Shown in pieces: positions 40,130 through 51,865 of a stretch of 64,000 nt of DNA. The notes under the pieces were generated by a model, which did no database searches, was not told the DNA's origin, and saw nothing but the letters and a program-made list of their open reading frames with translations. The DNA comes from Malacoraja senta (Eukaryota): the NCBI GenBank assembly GCA_038087875.1, contig CM075995.1, positions 8,682,001 to 8,746,000 on the forward strand, given 5' to 3'. A program made the translations under genes and the position numbers. Numbering within the stretch: position 1 is the first letter of the stretch; each line of letters starts with the position of its first letter.

Positions 40130-40445
40130 TATCTTTCTGTGCCTTTAATAGACCCGCTGGGTGTTTGAGTACTGGAAGGGGCCGTGTGAGATTGGCGGGG
40201 TTGTTTGGGTGGAGGCAAGTTAGACCGCAGCAGCAGAACGTCTGGCCCGGGAAGTTGGCGACGGGCTGGGGGAAGGAAGCAATCTCCCCGACGGAGGATG
40301 TGGCCTGACTGTGGAGCTGGAGCTGGAGCTGGAGCTGCAGGTGCTCCAACCAACATCCACCCTCCCGCCCGCCCGCCCGCACCACAACCAGCCACATCCG
40401 CCCCTTCCTGCCGGGAAGGAAGTTGGGCCCAGCTCCTCTCATTCA
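40130..40445. promoter_or_regulatory. GC-rich unique island with GC boxes and ETS-like sites; possible MYO10-like promoter or enhancer
   Basis: cccgcccgcccgcccgc, tccgcccc, several GGAAG; lies upstream of the myosin exon on the minus strand. Confidence 0.3.
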
Positions 40446-42899
40446 GAAGTCCGTATGATTGGGGCCATTCGGCCCATCAAGTTTAGACTCATAGAGTGAT
40501 ACAGCGTGAAAACAGGCCCAACTTGCCCACACGTCCAACATGTCCCATCTACACCAGTCCCACCTTCCCATATCCCTCCAAACCTGTCCTATCCATGTAT
40601 CTGCCTGACTGTTTCTTAAACGTTGGGATAGTCCCAGCCTCAACTACCTCCTCCGGCAGCTCGTTCCATACACCCTCCATCCTTTGTGTGGAAAAGTTAC
40701 CCCTCAGATTCCTATTAAATCTTTTCCGCGTCACCTTGAACCTATGTCCTCTGGTCCTCGATTCCCCTACTCTGGGCAAGAGACTCTGTGCATCTACCCG
40801 ATCTATTCCTCTCATGATTTTGTACACCTCTATAAGATCATCCCCCTTCGCTCCAAGGAAGAGAGTCCAGGCCTGCTCCGCCTCTCCCTAGAGCTTAAAC
40901 CCTCTAGTCCTGGCAACATCCTCGTAGTGATACAGCGTGGAAACAGGCCCTTCGGCCCAACCTGCCCACTCCGACCAAGATGTCCCAACTACACTAGTCC
41001 CACCTGCCTGAGTTTGTCCCATATCCCTCTAAACCTGTCCTATCCATGCACCTGTCTAAATGTTTCTTGAACGCTGCGATAGTTCCAGCCTCAACTACCT
41101 CCTCTGGCAGCTCATTCCATACACCCACCACCCTCTGTGTGTAAATAAAGGTCACGGGTGGAACGTGCAAACTCCGTACTGACTCTGCCATCTTTAAGAG
41201 CCTTATCTAGCTCTCTCTTGAAAGTATCCAGAGAGCCTGCCTCCACCGCCCTCTGAGGCCGAGAATTCCACAGACTCGCAACTCTTTCAAGAGAGAGCTA
41301 GATAGGGCTCTTAAAAATAGCGGAGTCAGGGGATATGGGGAGAAGGCAGGAACGGGGTACTGATTGGGGATGATCAGCCATGATCACATCGGTGCTAGCT
41401 CGAAGGGCCGAATGGCCTACTCCTGCACCCATTGTCTATTGATTTCATAAGATCACCACCTCAGCCTCCTGCGCTCTAATGACTAGAGTCCCAGCCTGCC
41501 CAACCTCTCTCTGCAGCTCAGGCCCTCAGGTCCTGGCAACACCCATGTAAACATGCCTGCAAGTACAGACGTATAAAGCCATGACTCGCTAGGATGGAGC
41601 TTGGCAAGCTCAGTTAATGAAAGCAACTCTTGGTTGATCTGGCTTGACGTATGGGGGCAATTTCCAACCTGCGTGTCTGTACTGATGTCCGGTGGCATGT
41701 TGAGGTGTGATTAGTGGAGATCCCAACCCCAACAGCACAAGCATTCATTTGGAAGACAGTTATTAAGATATTTCACATGATATCAGCAGTTTTTCCATTC
41801 CCTCGAGTGTGATGTTGAATTTCAACAGAACAGAACGGATACTTTAACAAATGCGCCAAGCTCCGAGCGCGAACAGCTCTGTTATTCACCGTCTACGGCA
41901 CTTCTCTTCCCCCCATTTGGCTCCAATCTCGTGAGCAGCCCCAGGCTGGGCGCAGCGGGTAGAGTTGCCTCCTCACAGCGCCAGAGACCCGGGTTCAATC
42001 CCGACTACGGGAGCTGTCTGTAGGGAGTTTGTACGCTCTCCCCCGTGACCTGCGTGGGTTTCTGTCCGGGTGCTCCGGTTTCCTCACACGCTCCAAAGAC
42101 GTGCAGGTTTGCAGGTTGATTGGCAAACGCCTCCGTTGCCATGCTGTGAGAACGGACAGGTTGAGAAGGAGTTTCTTCCCAGAGGCCATTAGGACTGTAA
42201 ACTCCCACCTCACCAGGGACTAACTTTACTGAACCATTCTACTGGGTTTTTTTAAATCGCTGTGTTTTTTTCCTTTTCTTCTTTTTCCTTCCTCCCACAA
42301 TATTTAATATGTAAAAGAATATGTGATTCTGTTCCATTCTGTTTGTAGTTTTTGTGTTTGTTTGTTTGTGTTTTGCACAAAGTCCGCGACCATTGCCACT
42401 TTTCATTTCACTGCATATGTGACGAATAAACTTGACTTGACTTGGAGGCTAATTGGCTTTGGTAACTTTCCTAAATTGTCCCCAGTGGCGCGGAGGACAG
42501 TGCGAGTGTACGGGGTGATCGCTGGTCGGCGCGGACTCGGTGGGCCGACGGGCCTGTATCTCTAAAGTCTAAAGCCTGGCGTGGCCGTCTGACACAGAGT
42601 GGCTTTTGAGGGTCGGTGTGTGGCCAACATCAGCTGCGTGGCTTCATCCAACCCCTCAACCGCTTCAAAGGACTCAAATCCATCAAACATGATTTGTTCT
42701 AAGGTCAGCTATTTGTTCCTTCGCTCCATAGATGCTGCCGCACCCGCTGAGTTTCTCCAGCATTTTTGTGTACCTATGATTTGTTCTAAGGTCAGCTATT
42801 CATACTTGCCAACCGCTTGGTCATTTTCCCCAAACATATTGTTTCCAGCAGCTTCTCACCCGAGCATAGAGCAGAGAGAACAGCACAGGAGGTCAGCAG

Positions 42900-43190
42900 G
42901 GTGGCGCAGCGGTAGAGTTGCTGCCTCACGGCGCCAGAGACCCGGGTTCCATCCCGACTACGGGCGCTGTCTGTACGGAGTTCGTACCTTCTCCCCCGTG
43001 ACCTGCGTGGGTTTTCTCCGGATGATCCGGTTTCCTCCCACACCACTCCAAAGACGTGCGGGTTTGTAGGTTAATTGGCTTTGGGACCTTTGTAAACTGT
43101 CCCTGGTATGCGTAGGATAGTGTTAGTGTGCGGGGATCGCTGGCTGGCGCAGACTCGGTGGGCCGAAGGGCCCGTTTCCGTGCTGGATGA
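42900..43190 (+). mobile_element. HE1-like V-SINE, full length
   Basis: A/B boxes, V-domain and LINE tail. Similar near-full copies at 44640-44940(+), 43660-43935(-), 54930-55215(-), 56397-56705(-), 24365-24660(-). Confidence 0.88.
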
Positions 43191-45386
43191 CTCGACGAAT
43201 AACAAAGAACTAGTGCAAACGCCCGGGTGATCGATGGTCAGAATGGACTCGGCGGGCCGAACGGCCTGTTTCCACGCTGTATCTTAAGCCAAGTAAATAA
43301 CGAGAGTGATTTTTCTGCGCGCCGGTGACATTTGGAGAACTCGTCTTGTACCCTGGTGACAAGGCTAGCTGAACGTGCCAAAATCATGCTGGGAACAGCT
43401 CAGATCAGCAGCCAAGAGTCTGTGGAGTGATACCAAGTGCTACCAAGCTGACTACACCGAAGAGACTAATGTCAGGTTTACTATCTCCCATCATGGTTGA
43501 TGGATTGAACATAAGTGGTGGAATTATCGAGCTACTATTCAGAAAACACACACAGAGGGTTCCAGCAACAGCAACAGCACCAGATGAGTCATACAGCACG
43601 GAGACAGGCCCTTCAGCCCAACATGACCATGCCCACCATCTAGGTTTAGTTTAGTTTAGTTTGGAGATACAGTGCGGAAACAGGCCCTTCGGCCCATCGA
43701 GTCGGTGCCGACCAGTCGTCACAATCAAACTCACACTAGGGACAATTTACAGCTTTTTTCAAAAACCGGAACCAATTCACCAACAAACCCGTGGGAGGAA
43801 ACCGGAGCACCAGGAGAAAACCCACACAAGTCACAGAGAGAACGTACAAACTCCGTACAGGCAGCACCCGTAGTCGGGGGTTGAACCCGGGTCTCTGGCG
43901 CTGTGAGGCAGCAACTCTACCGCTGCGCTGCCATGCCACAATAAACAATAGGTGCAGGAGTAGGCCATTCGGCCCTTCGAGCCAGCACCGCCATTCAATG
44001 CGATCATGGCTGATCATCCCCAATCAGTACCCCGTTCCTGCCTTCTCCCCATAACCCACTCTGTGTTGTATGCAAGATTCCTTGCTGGATAGGGCTATCT
44101 TTAAGAGCCCTATCCAGCTCTCTCTTGAAAGCATCCAGAGAACCTGCCTCCACCGCCCTCTGAGGCGAGAATTCCACAGACTCACCACTCTCTGTGAGAA
44201 AAAGTGTTTCCTCGTCTCCGTTCTAAATGGCTTACTCCTTATTCGTAAACTGTGTGGCCCCTGGTTCTGGACTCCCCCAACATCTGGAACATGTTTCCTG
44301 CCTCTAGCGTGTCCAAGCCCTTAACAATCTTATATGTTTCAATGAGATTCCCTCTCATCCTTCTAACCTCCAGAGTGTACAAGCCCAGCTGCTCCATTCT
44401 CTCAGCATATGACAGTCCCGCCATCCCGGGAATTAACCTTGTAAACCTACGCTGCACTCCCTCAATAGCAAGAATGTCCTTCCTCAAATTAGGGGACCAA
44501 CACTGCCCACAATACTCCAGGTGTGGTCTCACTAGGGCCCTGTACAAGTGCCACACACTTGCAGGTCAGTTTAGCATTATCACGTGTACTGAGGTACAGC
44601 GGAAAGCTATTAAAACACAAAGTATTTGTGCTATAAGCACGGCACGGTGGGGCAGCGGTAGAGTTGCTGCCTCACAGCACCAGAGTCCTGGGTTCGATCC
44701 CGACTACGGGTGCCGTCTGTACAGAGTTTGTACGTTCTCCCCGTGACCTGCGTGGGTTTCCTCCGGGATCTCCGGTTTCCTCCCACACATCCAAAGACGT
44801 GCAGGTTTGTAGGTTAATTGGCTTTGGAAAACATTCTAAATTGTTCCTAGTGTGTGTAGGATAGTGCTAGTGTACGGGGCGATCGCTGGTCAGCACGGAC
44901 TCGATGGGCCGAAGGGCCAGTTTCCACACTGTATCTCCAAACCACACCAGGATAAGCGCTCAACCAAGAAAACCAGGCCTAAAGCCAAAGGAGTACCTAA
45001 ACTACCAATACACACTTATACTAGAGGACAATAACTACATATTCAGTAATAAACTATCTACAGGATAACAAACGCACAAAATGAATGTTTAACTAAAAAC
45101 AAATCTCAATGCCACATGTGCATCTAAGATGCCTTTACACAGCTAAGCTATGGGACAATAAAAGCTAGGCGTGGGTTAAAACTATCACAACGTTTAAGAA
45201 ACATTTAGACAGGTACATGGATGGGACAGGTTTAGAGGGATACGGGCCAAACGCAGGCAGGTGGGACTAGTGGAGATGGTCGGCATGGTCAAGTTGGGCC
45301 GAAGGGCCTGTTTCCACGCTGTATCACTCTTTGACTCTTTACGATGCCAGTATTTCATGACCAGGCAATGCTTTGGGTCGGCACGC

Positions 45387-45775
45387 TATCCATGTTCTCC
45401 ACAGATGCTGCCTGACCCGCTGAGTTACTCCAGCACTCTGTGAAACGTCACCTATCCATGTTCTCCACAGGATGCTGGCTGACCCGCTGAGTTACTCCAG
45501 CACTCTGTGAAACGTCACCTATCCATGTTCTCCACAGATGCTGCCTGACCCGCTGAGTTACTCCAGCACTCTGTGAAACGTCACCTATCCATGTTCTCCA
45601 CAGGATGCTGCCTGACCCGCTGAGTTACTCCAGCACTCTGTGAAACGTCACCTATCCATGTTCTCCACAGGATGCTGGCTGACCCGCTGAGTTACTCCAG
45701 CACTCTGTGAAACGTCACCTATCCATGTTCTCCACAGGATGCTGGCTGACCCGCTGAGTTACTCCAGCACTCTGT
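45387..45775 (+). repeat. 66/67-bp tandem array, about 6 units
   Basis: Same unit with array-specific variants (cacaggatgctggct). Confidence 0.92.
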
Positions 45776-48491
45776 GTTGTATGCAAGATTCCAGCATCTG
45801 CAGTTCCTTGCATCTGTGCTTGGAAGCAGTTTAGAAGTAACAAGGCAGGGATAAAGGGTCTGTCCCACTGTACGAGTTTACCCAAGAGCTCTCCCGAGTT
45901 TAAAAAAAAATCAAACTCGTGGTAAGCACGTAGAATGTACGTAGCGGGTAAGTCGGAGTTCGTGGGCGTCTCTTAGCGGCTCGCAACGCTAACGGCAGGT
46001 ACTCGGGAAACACGGTAAGCTCGGGAAACCCGTGAAGTTTTTTCAACACGTGTGAAAAATTTCCAAGAGTAAAAAAATACTGGTGATGAAGCAGAAGTAC
46101 CACGAGTTAGATTTTTTTTTTTTTTAAACTCGGGAGAGCTCTTGGGTGAACCCGCATCGTGGGACAGGGGGTTTAAGAGTTGGTGAAGACGAGCTGCTGC
46201 AGTGTTTGCCTGTGGTCTGCATGTTTGTGGAGTCTGGAGGAATGTCTTGCTACACAAGACCACAGAAGCTGATTCCTTTCTGGAATTAGGTCTGGAGTCA
46301 GCAAGTTAATGCTTTTCCCAACGGCTCAATCACAGAGTTTGGCTTCACTGCTGAATTCGCAACTCCTGAGCACACGCTTTCTAGCTGAGAGCTTGGAGTA
46401 ATTTCAATAGTGAGAATAGTTTTTCAGTTGCTTTAAATACTGCTGCAGTTTCAGCGTTGCAATATCAGTGTCGCCAAAAGATCTTGGCCATTCGGCCGTT
46501 CAAGTCTACTCCGCCATTCAATCACGGCTGATCTACCTCTCCCTCCTAACCCCATTCTCCTGCCTTCTCCCCGTAACCCCTGACACCCGTACTTATCAAG
46601 AATCTATCTATCTCTGCCATTCACATTGAATGGCGGTCGGTGCTGGCTCGAAGGGCCAAATGGCCTACTCCTGCACCTATTGTCTATTGAACATTTCAAA
46701 ATCCAGAGGCGACCAAAAAAATGTCGCGACTCTTGGAAAAAACACCGCGCGTCAATACGTCATCACGCCGGGAATTTTTCGGTGACCTGATGCGTCAGTC
46801 AATGGTGCCGGCAGTCGCCAAAAAAATCACCGAGTGGGACAGGGCCCTTTATTGTCACCTGTACCGAGGTACAGTGAAAAGCTTTTGTTGCGTGCTAACC
46901 AGTCAGCGGAAAGACAACACATGATTACAATCGAGCCTTCCACAGTGTACAGATACATGATAATCCAATAAACCTGTGTCTTTGGAGTGTGGGAGGAAAC
47001 CGGAGCGCCCGGAAAAAACCCACGCGGTCACAGGGAGAACGTGCAAACTCCGTATAGACAGCACCCGTAGTCGGGATGGAACCCGGGTCTCTGGCGCAGT
47101 GAGGCAGCAACTCTACCGCTGCGCCACCCACCAGCGGTCAGGTATTTCTGTAATTAAGCCTTGAATGGGTCATGAATTCAAGACAAGCAGCAAAAATTGG
47201 CGCATGGATGTGGAGAGGATGTTACCACCAGTGGGAGAGTCTAGGACCAGAGGGCACAGCCTTAGAATCAAAGTACGTTCCTTTAGGAAGGAGATGAGGA
47301 GTATTTTCCTTAGTCAGAGGGCGGTGAATCTGTGGAATTCTTTGCCACAGACGGCTGTGGAGGCCAGGTCATGGGTATTTTTACGGCAGAGATTGATAAG
47401 ATTCTTGATCAGTACGGGTGTCAGGGGTTATGGGGAGAAGGCAGGAGAATGGGGTTAGGATGGAGAGATAGATCAGCCGTGATTGAATGGCGGAGTAGAC
47501 CTGATGGGCCGAATGGCCTAATTCTGCTCCTTTTCACTTATGATCTAATGTGTCAATCCGGTACTGATTGGGGATGATCAGCCGTGATAACATTGCTGGC
47601 TCGAAGGGCCGAATGGCCTACTCCTGCACCTATTGGTTCACACGCTTGATCAATGGTGTTTTATCATTAATGTTTTATTATCATTAATGTTTAGTGTTTT
47701 CCGAGTCATCCGTAACTGTCACTGTATGTCATGTTGTTACTTGTGGGCGGAGCACCAAGGCAAATTCCTTGTATGTGAATACTTGGCCAATAAACTATTG
47801 TCTTTTGTTTCCACGCTGGCTGGCTGGTGAGCAGGCAACAAATGCGTATGCACCGTCCCTCCCTACACGCGACAATAAACTAAACTGAACTGAACTGAAC
47901 CATCGGCGATTGGTGACACAGTGCGAGCAGCTGCTGGACGTGCCCACGTGGGGAATCTTGAATAAATTAGATTTCTGGTTGTGGGCAAGAATTGGAAACT
48001 CATGGCTGCAGTTTGCAGAGAGCTGCGTTGTTGGCAGCAACTTCAAACAGTGCCAATAGTTTCTATAAAGACTGATGTTTGCGCTAACACACCAAAGCAA
48101 ACAATAAAATACAACCCTTCACCCGCTCGGCTGCTCGATGGTCACAATACTCCATCCTTATGTTCATCGTCACGTGTACCGAGGTACGGTGAAAGGCTCT
48201 GGGCCCGTGCCAACCAGTCAGCGGAAAGACAGCACGTGATTACAATCGAGCCGTTCACAGGCGCAGAGATCCATGATAAAAGTATGCAGATACACCCCTG
48301 TACATCGGCGAGACCAAGCGCAGGTTCACCGATGATCGTTTCGCTGAACACCTCTGCTCAGTCCGGCTAAACCTTCCTGATCTCCCGGTGGCCCAGCACT
48401 TCAGGTCCCCCTCCCATTCCCCAAGTCTGAAGAAGGGTTTCGGCCCGAAACGTTGCCTATGTATGTAATTGTTTGTAATTGTATTTGTTAG

Positions 48492-48736
48492 TCTGTGTTC
48501 AAGATGGCGGTCGGAGGGGAGAGTGGACGCTGGCGCGGTTTCATTGCCGCTGCTCTCTCCTCAAATCTGATTTTCTTTTTTATGTTTTTGGAAGGAATTC
48601 TGTCCCTGATTTGTATATTGGTCTTTATAACATTTTTTTAAATTCTGATTATATGTTTCCTATAAATCTCTGTAAGGTGTCCTTGAGACCTCGGTATAAG
48701 GCGCCCGTAAATAAAATTCATTATTATTATTATTAT
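48492..48736 (+). mobile_element. Short non-autonomous L2-tailed element
   Basis: 5' caagatggcg (YY1-type) motif; 3' tgtaaggtgtccttgag..aaggcgcc..aaataaaat plus (ATT)n. Confidence 0.55.
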
Positions 48737-49027
48737 TTCCTTCGCTCCATAGATGCTGCTGCACCCGCTGAGTTTCACCAGCATTTTTGTGTACCTCCCA
48801 ACCTGACCTTTCTGTCCTGGGCCTCCTCCACTGTCAGAGTGAGGCCCAGCGAAAATTGGAGGAACAGCACCTCATATTTCGCTTGGGCAGCTTACACCCC
48901 AGCGGTATGAACATTGACTTCTCTAACTTCAAACAGCCCTCTCTCTCCATCCCCTCCCCCTTCCCAGTTCTCCTTACTGTCTCCACTTACATTCTATCTC
49001 TGTCCCGCCCCCTCCCCTGACATCAGT

Positions 49028-49055
49028 CTGAAGAAGGGTCTCGACCCGAAACGTC
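49028..49055 (+). ncRNA. Minimal hammerhead-ribozyme-like motif in Penelope pLTR
   Basis: CTGAAGA-A-GGGT(CTCG)ACCC-GAAAC-GTC; stem I poorly supported. Confidence 0.55.
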
Positions 49056-49411
49056 ACCCGTTCCTTCTCTCCAGAGATGCTGCCTGTCCCGCTGAGTTAC
49101 TCCAGCATTTTGTGTCGATCTTCTGGTTTGTGGGTCGATTTGCTTGGGTAATATTACAAATTGCTGCGAGTGTGTAGGATGGTGTTAATGTGCGGGGATC
49201 GCTGGTCAGCGCCGGCTGGATGGGCCGAAGGGCCTGTTTCAGCGCTGTATCTCAAAACTAAACGAAAAAATCCACAAATTACGCAGTGTGGATATGTAGA
49301 TTTGTCTGTTTGTACTAAAAATATTTTGGTGCGCGATATACTATTGCTGACTAGAGTCTAGATAATTGGTAGTTAAATCAACCATGTCTGAAATGATGCA
49401 TTATCAAACCC

Positions 49412-49563
49412 TTATTTAATTTTTGCAAAATACAACTCAGGAACAGATTCTTCGAATGCGGCCCATAACCCGTAACCATCCAGCCCGCTGAGCGTGGCCG
49501 AGCGCGGCCGAGCTCTGGCTGTCCCGCATCCTGCGCAAAGCCGCCGGCACGGCCCCGCTCCTT
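49412..49563 (-). CDS. Putative terminal coding exon of the unidentified gene
   Basis: gtgttcacag|AA GGA GCG...AAA TAA; phase 1 start; (E)GAGPCRRLCAGCGTARARPRSATLSGLDGYGLWAAFEESVPELYFAKIK*. An AT-rich UTR-like stretch follows (about 49270-49411). Confidence 0.55.
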
Positions 49564-49575
49564 CTGTGAACACGT

Positions 49576-49705
49576 TTAAGAAAGAACTGCCGATGCTGGA
49601 AAAATCGAAGGTGGACAAAAATGCCGGAGAAACTCAGCGGGTGGAGACGTGCGAGGATTGCGCGAGGCTGCCTCACCCGCTGAGTTTCTCCGGCATTTTT
49701 GTCTA
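49576..49705. mobile_element. Penelope-derived palindromic mini-element with 16-bp flanking duplication
   Basis: ccttctgtgaacacgt at 49560-49575 and 49706-49721; internal inverted arms gacaaaaatgccggagaaactcagcgggtg / cacccgctgagtttctccggcatttttgtc. Confidence 0.85.
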
Positions 49706-50366
49706 CCTTCTGTGAACACGTGATTTGATGCCTGCCATCCGGGTGCGGGACGGGGGCGGGATCCGTGTGTACACGTGGTAGATGAGGCCCCCGCCATCCG
49801 CTCACAGACGCGCGTCCCGGCCCCTATGCAGAACAAGGTTGCCAAACCCTGCTTCAGACTTTAGAGAGACAGCGCGGGAAATCAGGCCCTTCAGCCCACG
49901 CCGGCCAGTGATCACCCGTTCACACTAGTTCTGTGTTTTCCCATCTTCTCATCCACTCCCTACAGACTGGGGGCGATTTACAGAGAGTTAATTAACCTAC
50001 AAACCCGGCTTTGGCTTGTGGGAGGAAACCGGAGCACCCGGATTACTTGATCAGTGCGGGAGTCTGGGGGTTATGGGGAGGAGGCAGGAGAATTGGGTTG
50101 AGAGGGGAAGAGAGATCAGCCATGATTGAATGGCAGAGTAGATTGATGGGCCGAATGGCCTAATTCTACTCCTAGAACATATGAACCCAATAAACCTGAA
50201 GGAAACCCACGTGGTCACGGGGAGAACGTGCAAACTCCGTACAGGCAGCAGCCGTAGTCAGGATTGAACCCGGATCTCTGGCGCTGTGAGTAGGATTGCC
50301 AACTGTCCTGTATTTGACGAAGGGTTTGATGAAGGGCCTGTTTCCGTGCTGCACGAGTCCATTAAC

Positions 50367-50474
50367 CGGCATCCGTGTTGTCCATCGCTACTTCACTGAT
50401 TGTAACGAGATTCGGGATATCCGGGCAGGGATGTGAACAGATCTCAGGGGAAGCGACCATTTCCTCCGTCATGT
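50367..50474 (-). CDS. Putative penultimate coding exon of the same unidentified gene
   Basis: ttctaaggcag|AC ATG ACG...GAT GCC G|gttaat; 108 nt, phase 1/1; (D)MTEEMVASPEICSHPCPDIPNLVTISEVAMDNTDA. Both splice sites are weak, but the phases fit both neighbours. Confidence 0.5.
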
Positions 50475-51390
50475 CTGCCTTAGAATTGTAGACACGCTTA
50501 TCCCAATTCTTGCGAGGCGATGGCAGAAAATTGATGCATTGAAAGTTCTTCTCGCTCATTCACGTAAAGAGACCTCCCCTTCATGAGAGGAATAGATCAG
50601 GCAGTCTCAAAATGCTGGAGTAACTCAGCGGGACAGGCAGCATCTCCGGAGAGTAGGAATGGGAGACGTTTCGGCTCGAGACCCATCTTCAGAAATGGAA
50701 ACGTCACCCATTCCTTCCTCTCCAGAGACGCTGCCTGTCCCGCTGAGTTACTCCAGCATTTCGTGTCCATCTTCGGATTAAACCAGCATCTGCAGCTCCT
50801 ACCTACGCAATGGATTGGGCAGGCGGGCAGGCGGGCAGACTCTCTCGCCCAGAGTAGGGGACTCGAGAACCAGAGAAGGTTTACGAGGATGTTGCCAGGA
50901 CTGGAGGGCCTGGGCTACAGGGAGAGGTTGAGCAGGCTGGGTCTCTATTCCATGGAGCGCAGGAGGATGAGAGGGATGATCTTATAGAGGTGTACAAAAT
51001 CATGAGAGGAATAGATCGGGTAGATGCACAGAGTCTCTTGCCCAGAGTAGGGGAATCGAGGACCAGAGGACATAGCGGTAGAGTTGCTGCCTCACAGCGC
51101 CCGAGACCCGGGTTCCATCCTCACTATGGGTGCCGTTTATATGGAGTTTGCACGTTCTCCCTGTGACTGCGTGGGTTTCTTCCAGAAGATCCGGTTTCCT
51201 CCCATACACCAAAGGATCGCTGGTCGGCGCGGACTCGGGGGGCCGAAGGGCCTGTTTGCTTGCTGTATCTCTAAACTAAACGGGACTAGCTTAGATGGGG
51301 CATATTGGTCGGCATGGATGAGTTGGGCCGAAGGGCCTGTTTCCGTGCTGCATAACTTTTTTTGTGTTGAATGGGCGACTGGACCCCCCC

Positions 51391-51523
51391 CCCCCTACGA
51401 CAACGTCTCCAACAACCAGGCACGTGCCGTCAGGGTAGGCCTACACCCTGACTTGACCCACCCCCTATGACAACGTCTCCAACAACCAGGCACGTGCCGT
51501 CAGGGTAGGCCTACACCCTGACT
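51391..51523. repeat. 70-bp-period tandem duplication with internal hairpin
   Basis: ccccctaygacaacgtctccaacaaccaggcacgtgccgtcagggtaggcctacaccctgact, twice. Confidence 0.9.
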
Positions 51524-51739
51524 AAAATTATAAAATGGTAATCACTAAATATAAATAGTAAATGCACGGGAGAATTATGCCTGCCTAAGCGATCGATCTC
51601 TTAGGTCGGCATAATTCTCCGTGCCTTTCATCCGCAGTACACGTAACACGGGAAAGTGTGTGCGGTCCACGTGCTGTCGAAGCTGCTTCAAGCCGTCAAT
51701 GACAAGCGGGGCTGAAGGCAGCTGAAATTCTGCCACCGC

Positions 51740-51865
51740 AGTACTGCGCATGCGCAGCGCTTGTTTCTTGGCGGGTTTTTTCAAATATGGATTGCCATTA
51801 TCTTAAGCGTATTTTAAGAAACAAAGAGAGAAGAATGGAGTTCGTGTACCGATAATGAGGTAAGT
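51740..51865 (+). promoter_or_regulatory. Promoter-like motif cluster: NRF1, E2F/CDE-CHR-like, consensus 5' splice site
   Basis: TGCGCATGCGCA 51745-51756; TTGGCGGG 51768-51775; TTCAAA 51780-51785; GAG|GTAAGT with intron start at 51860. CpG-rich context. Confidence 0.5.

Larger units (their letters stand above)
48295..49122 (+). mobile_element. Penelope-like element 3' part: GIY-YIG endonuclease plus pLTR, with nested insertions
   Basis: LYIGETKRR..RFAEHLCSVR..PVAQHF, resuming SQPDLSVLGLLHCQSEAQRKLEEQHLIFRLGSLHPSGMNIDFS, then pLTR. Confidence 0.85.

Noticed and set aside
42900..42975. tRNA gene
   Set aside because: A/B boxes belong to the SINE head, which continues into the V-domain; no complete cloverleaf.
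47795..48370. Overlapping ORFs across a unique island
   Set aside because: They run through Rex1 and Penelope fragments; no recognisable protein or consistent exon boundaries.
50367..50385. ATG GAC AAC (MDN..) as MYO10 exon 1
   Set aside because: It continues TDA rather than FFTE and ends in phase 1, incompatible with the phase-0 exon 2.
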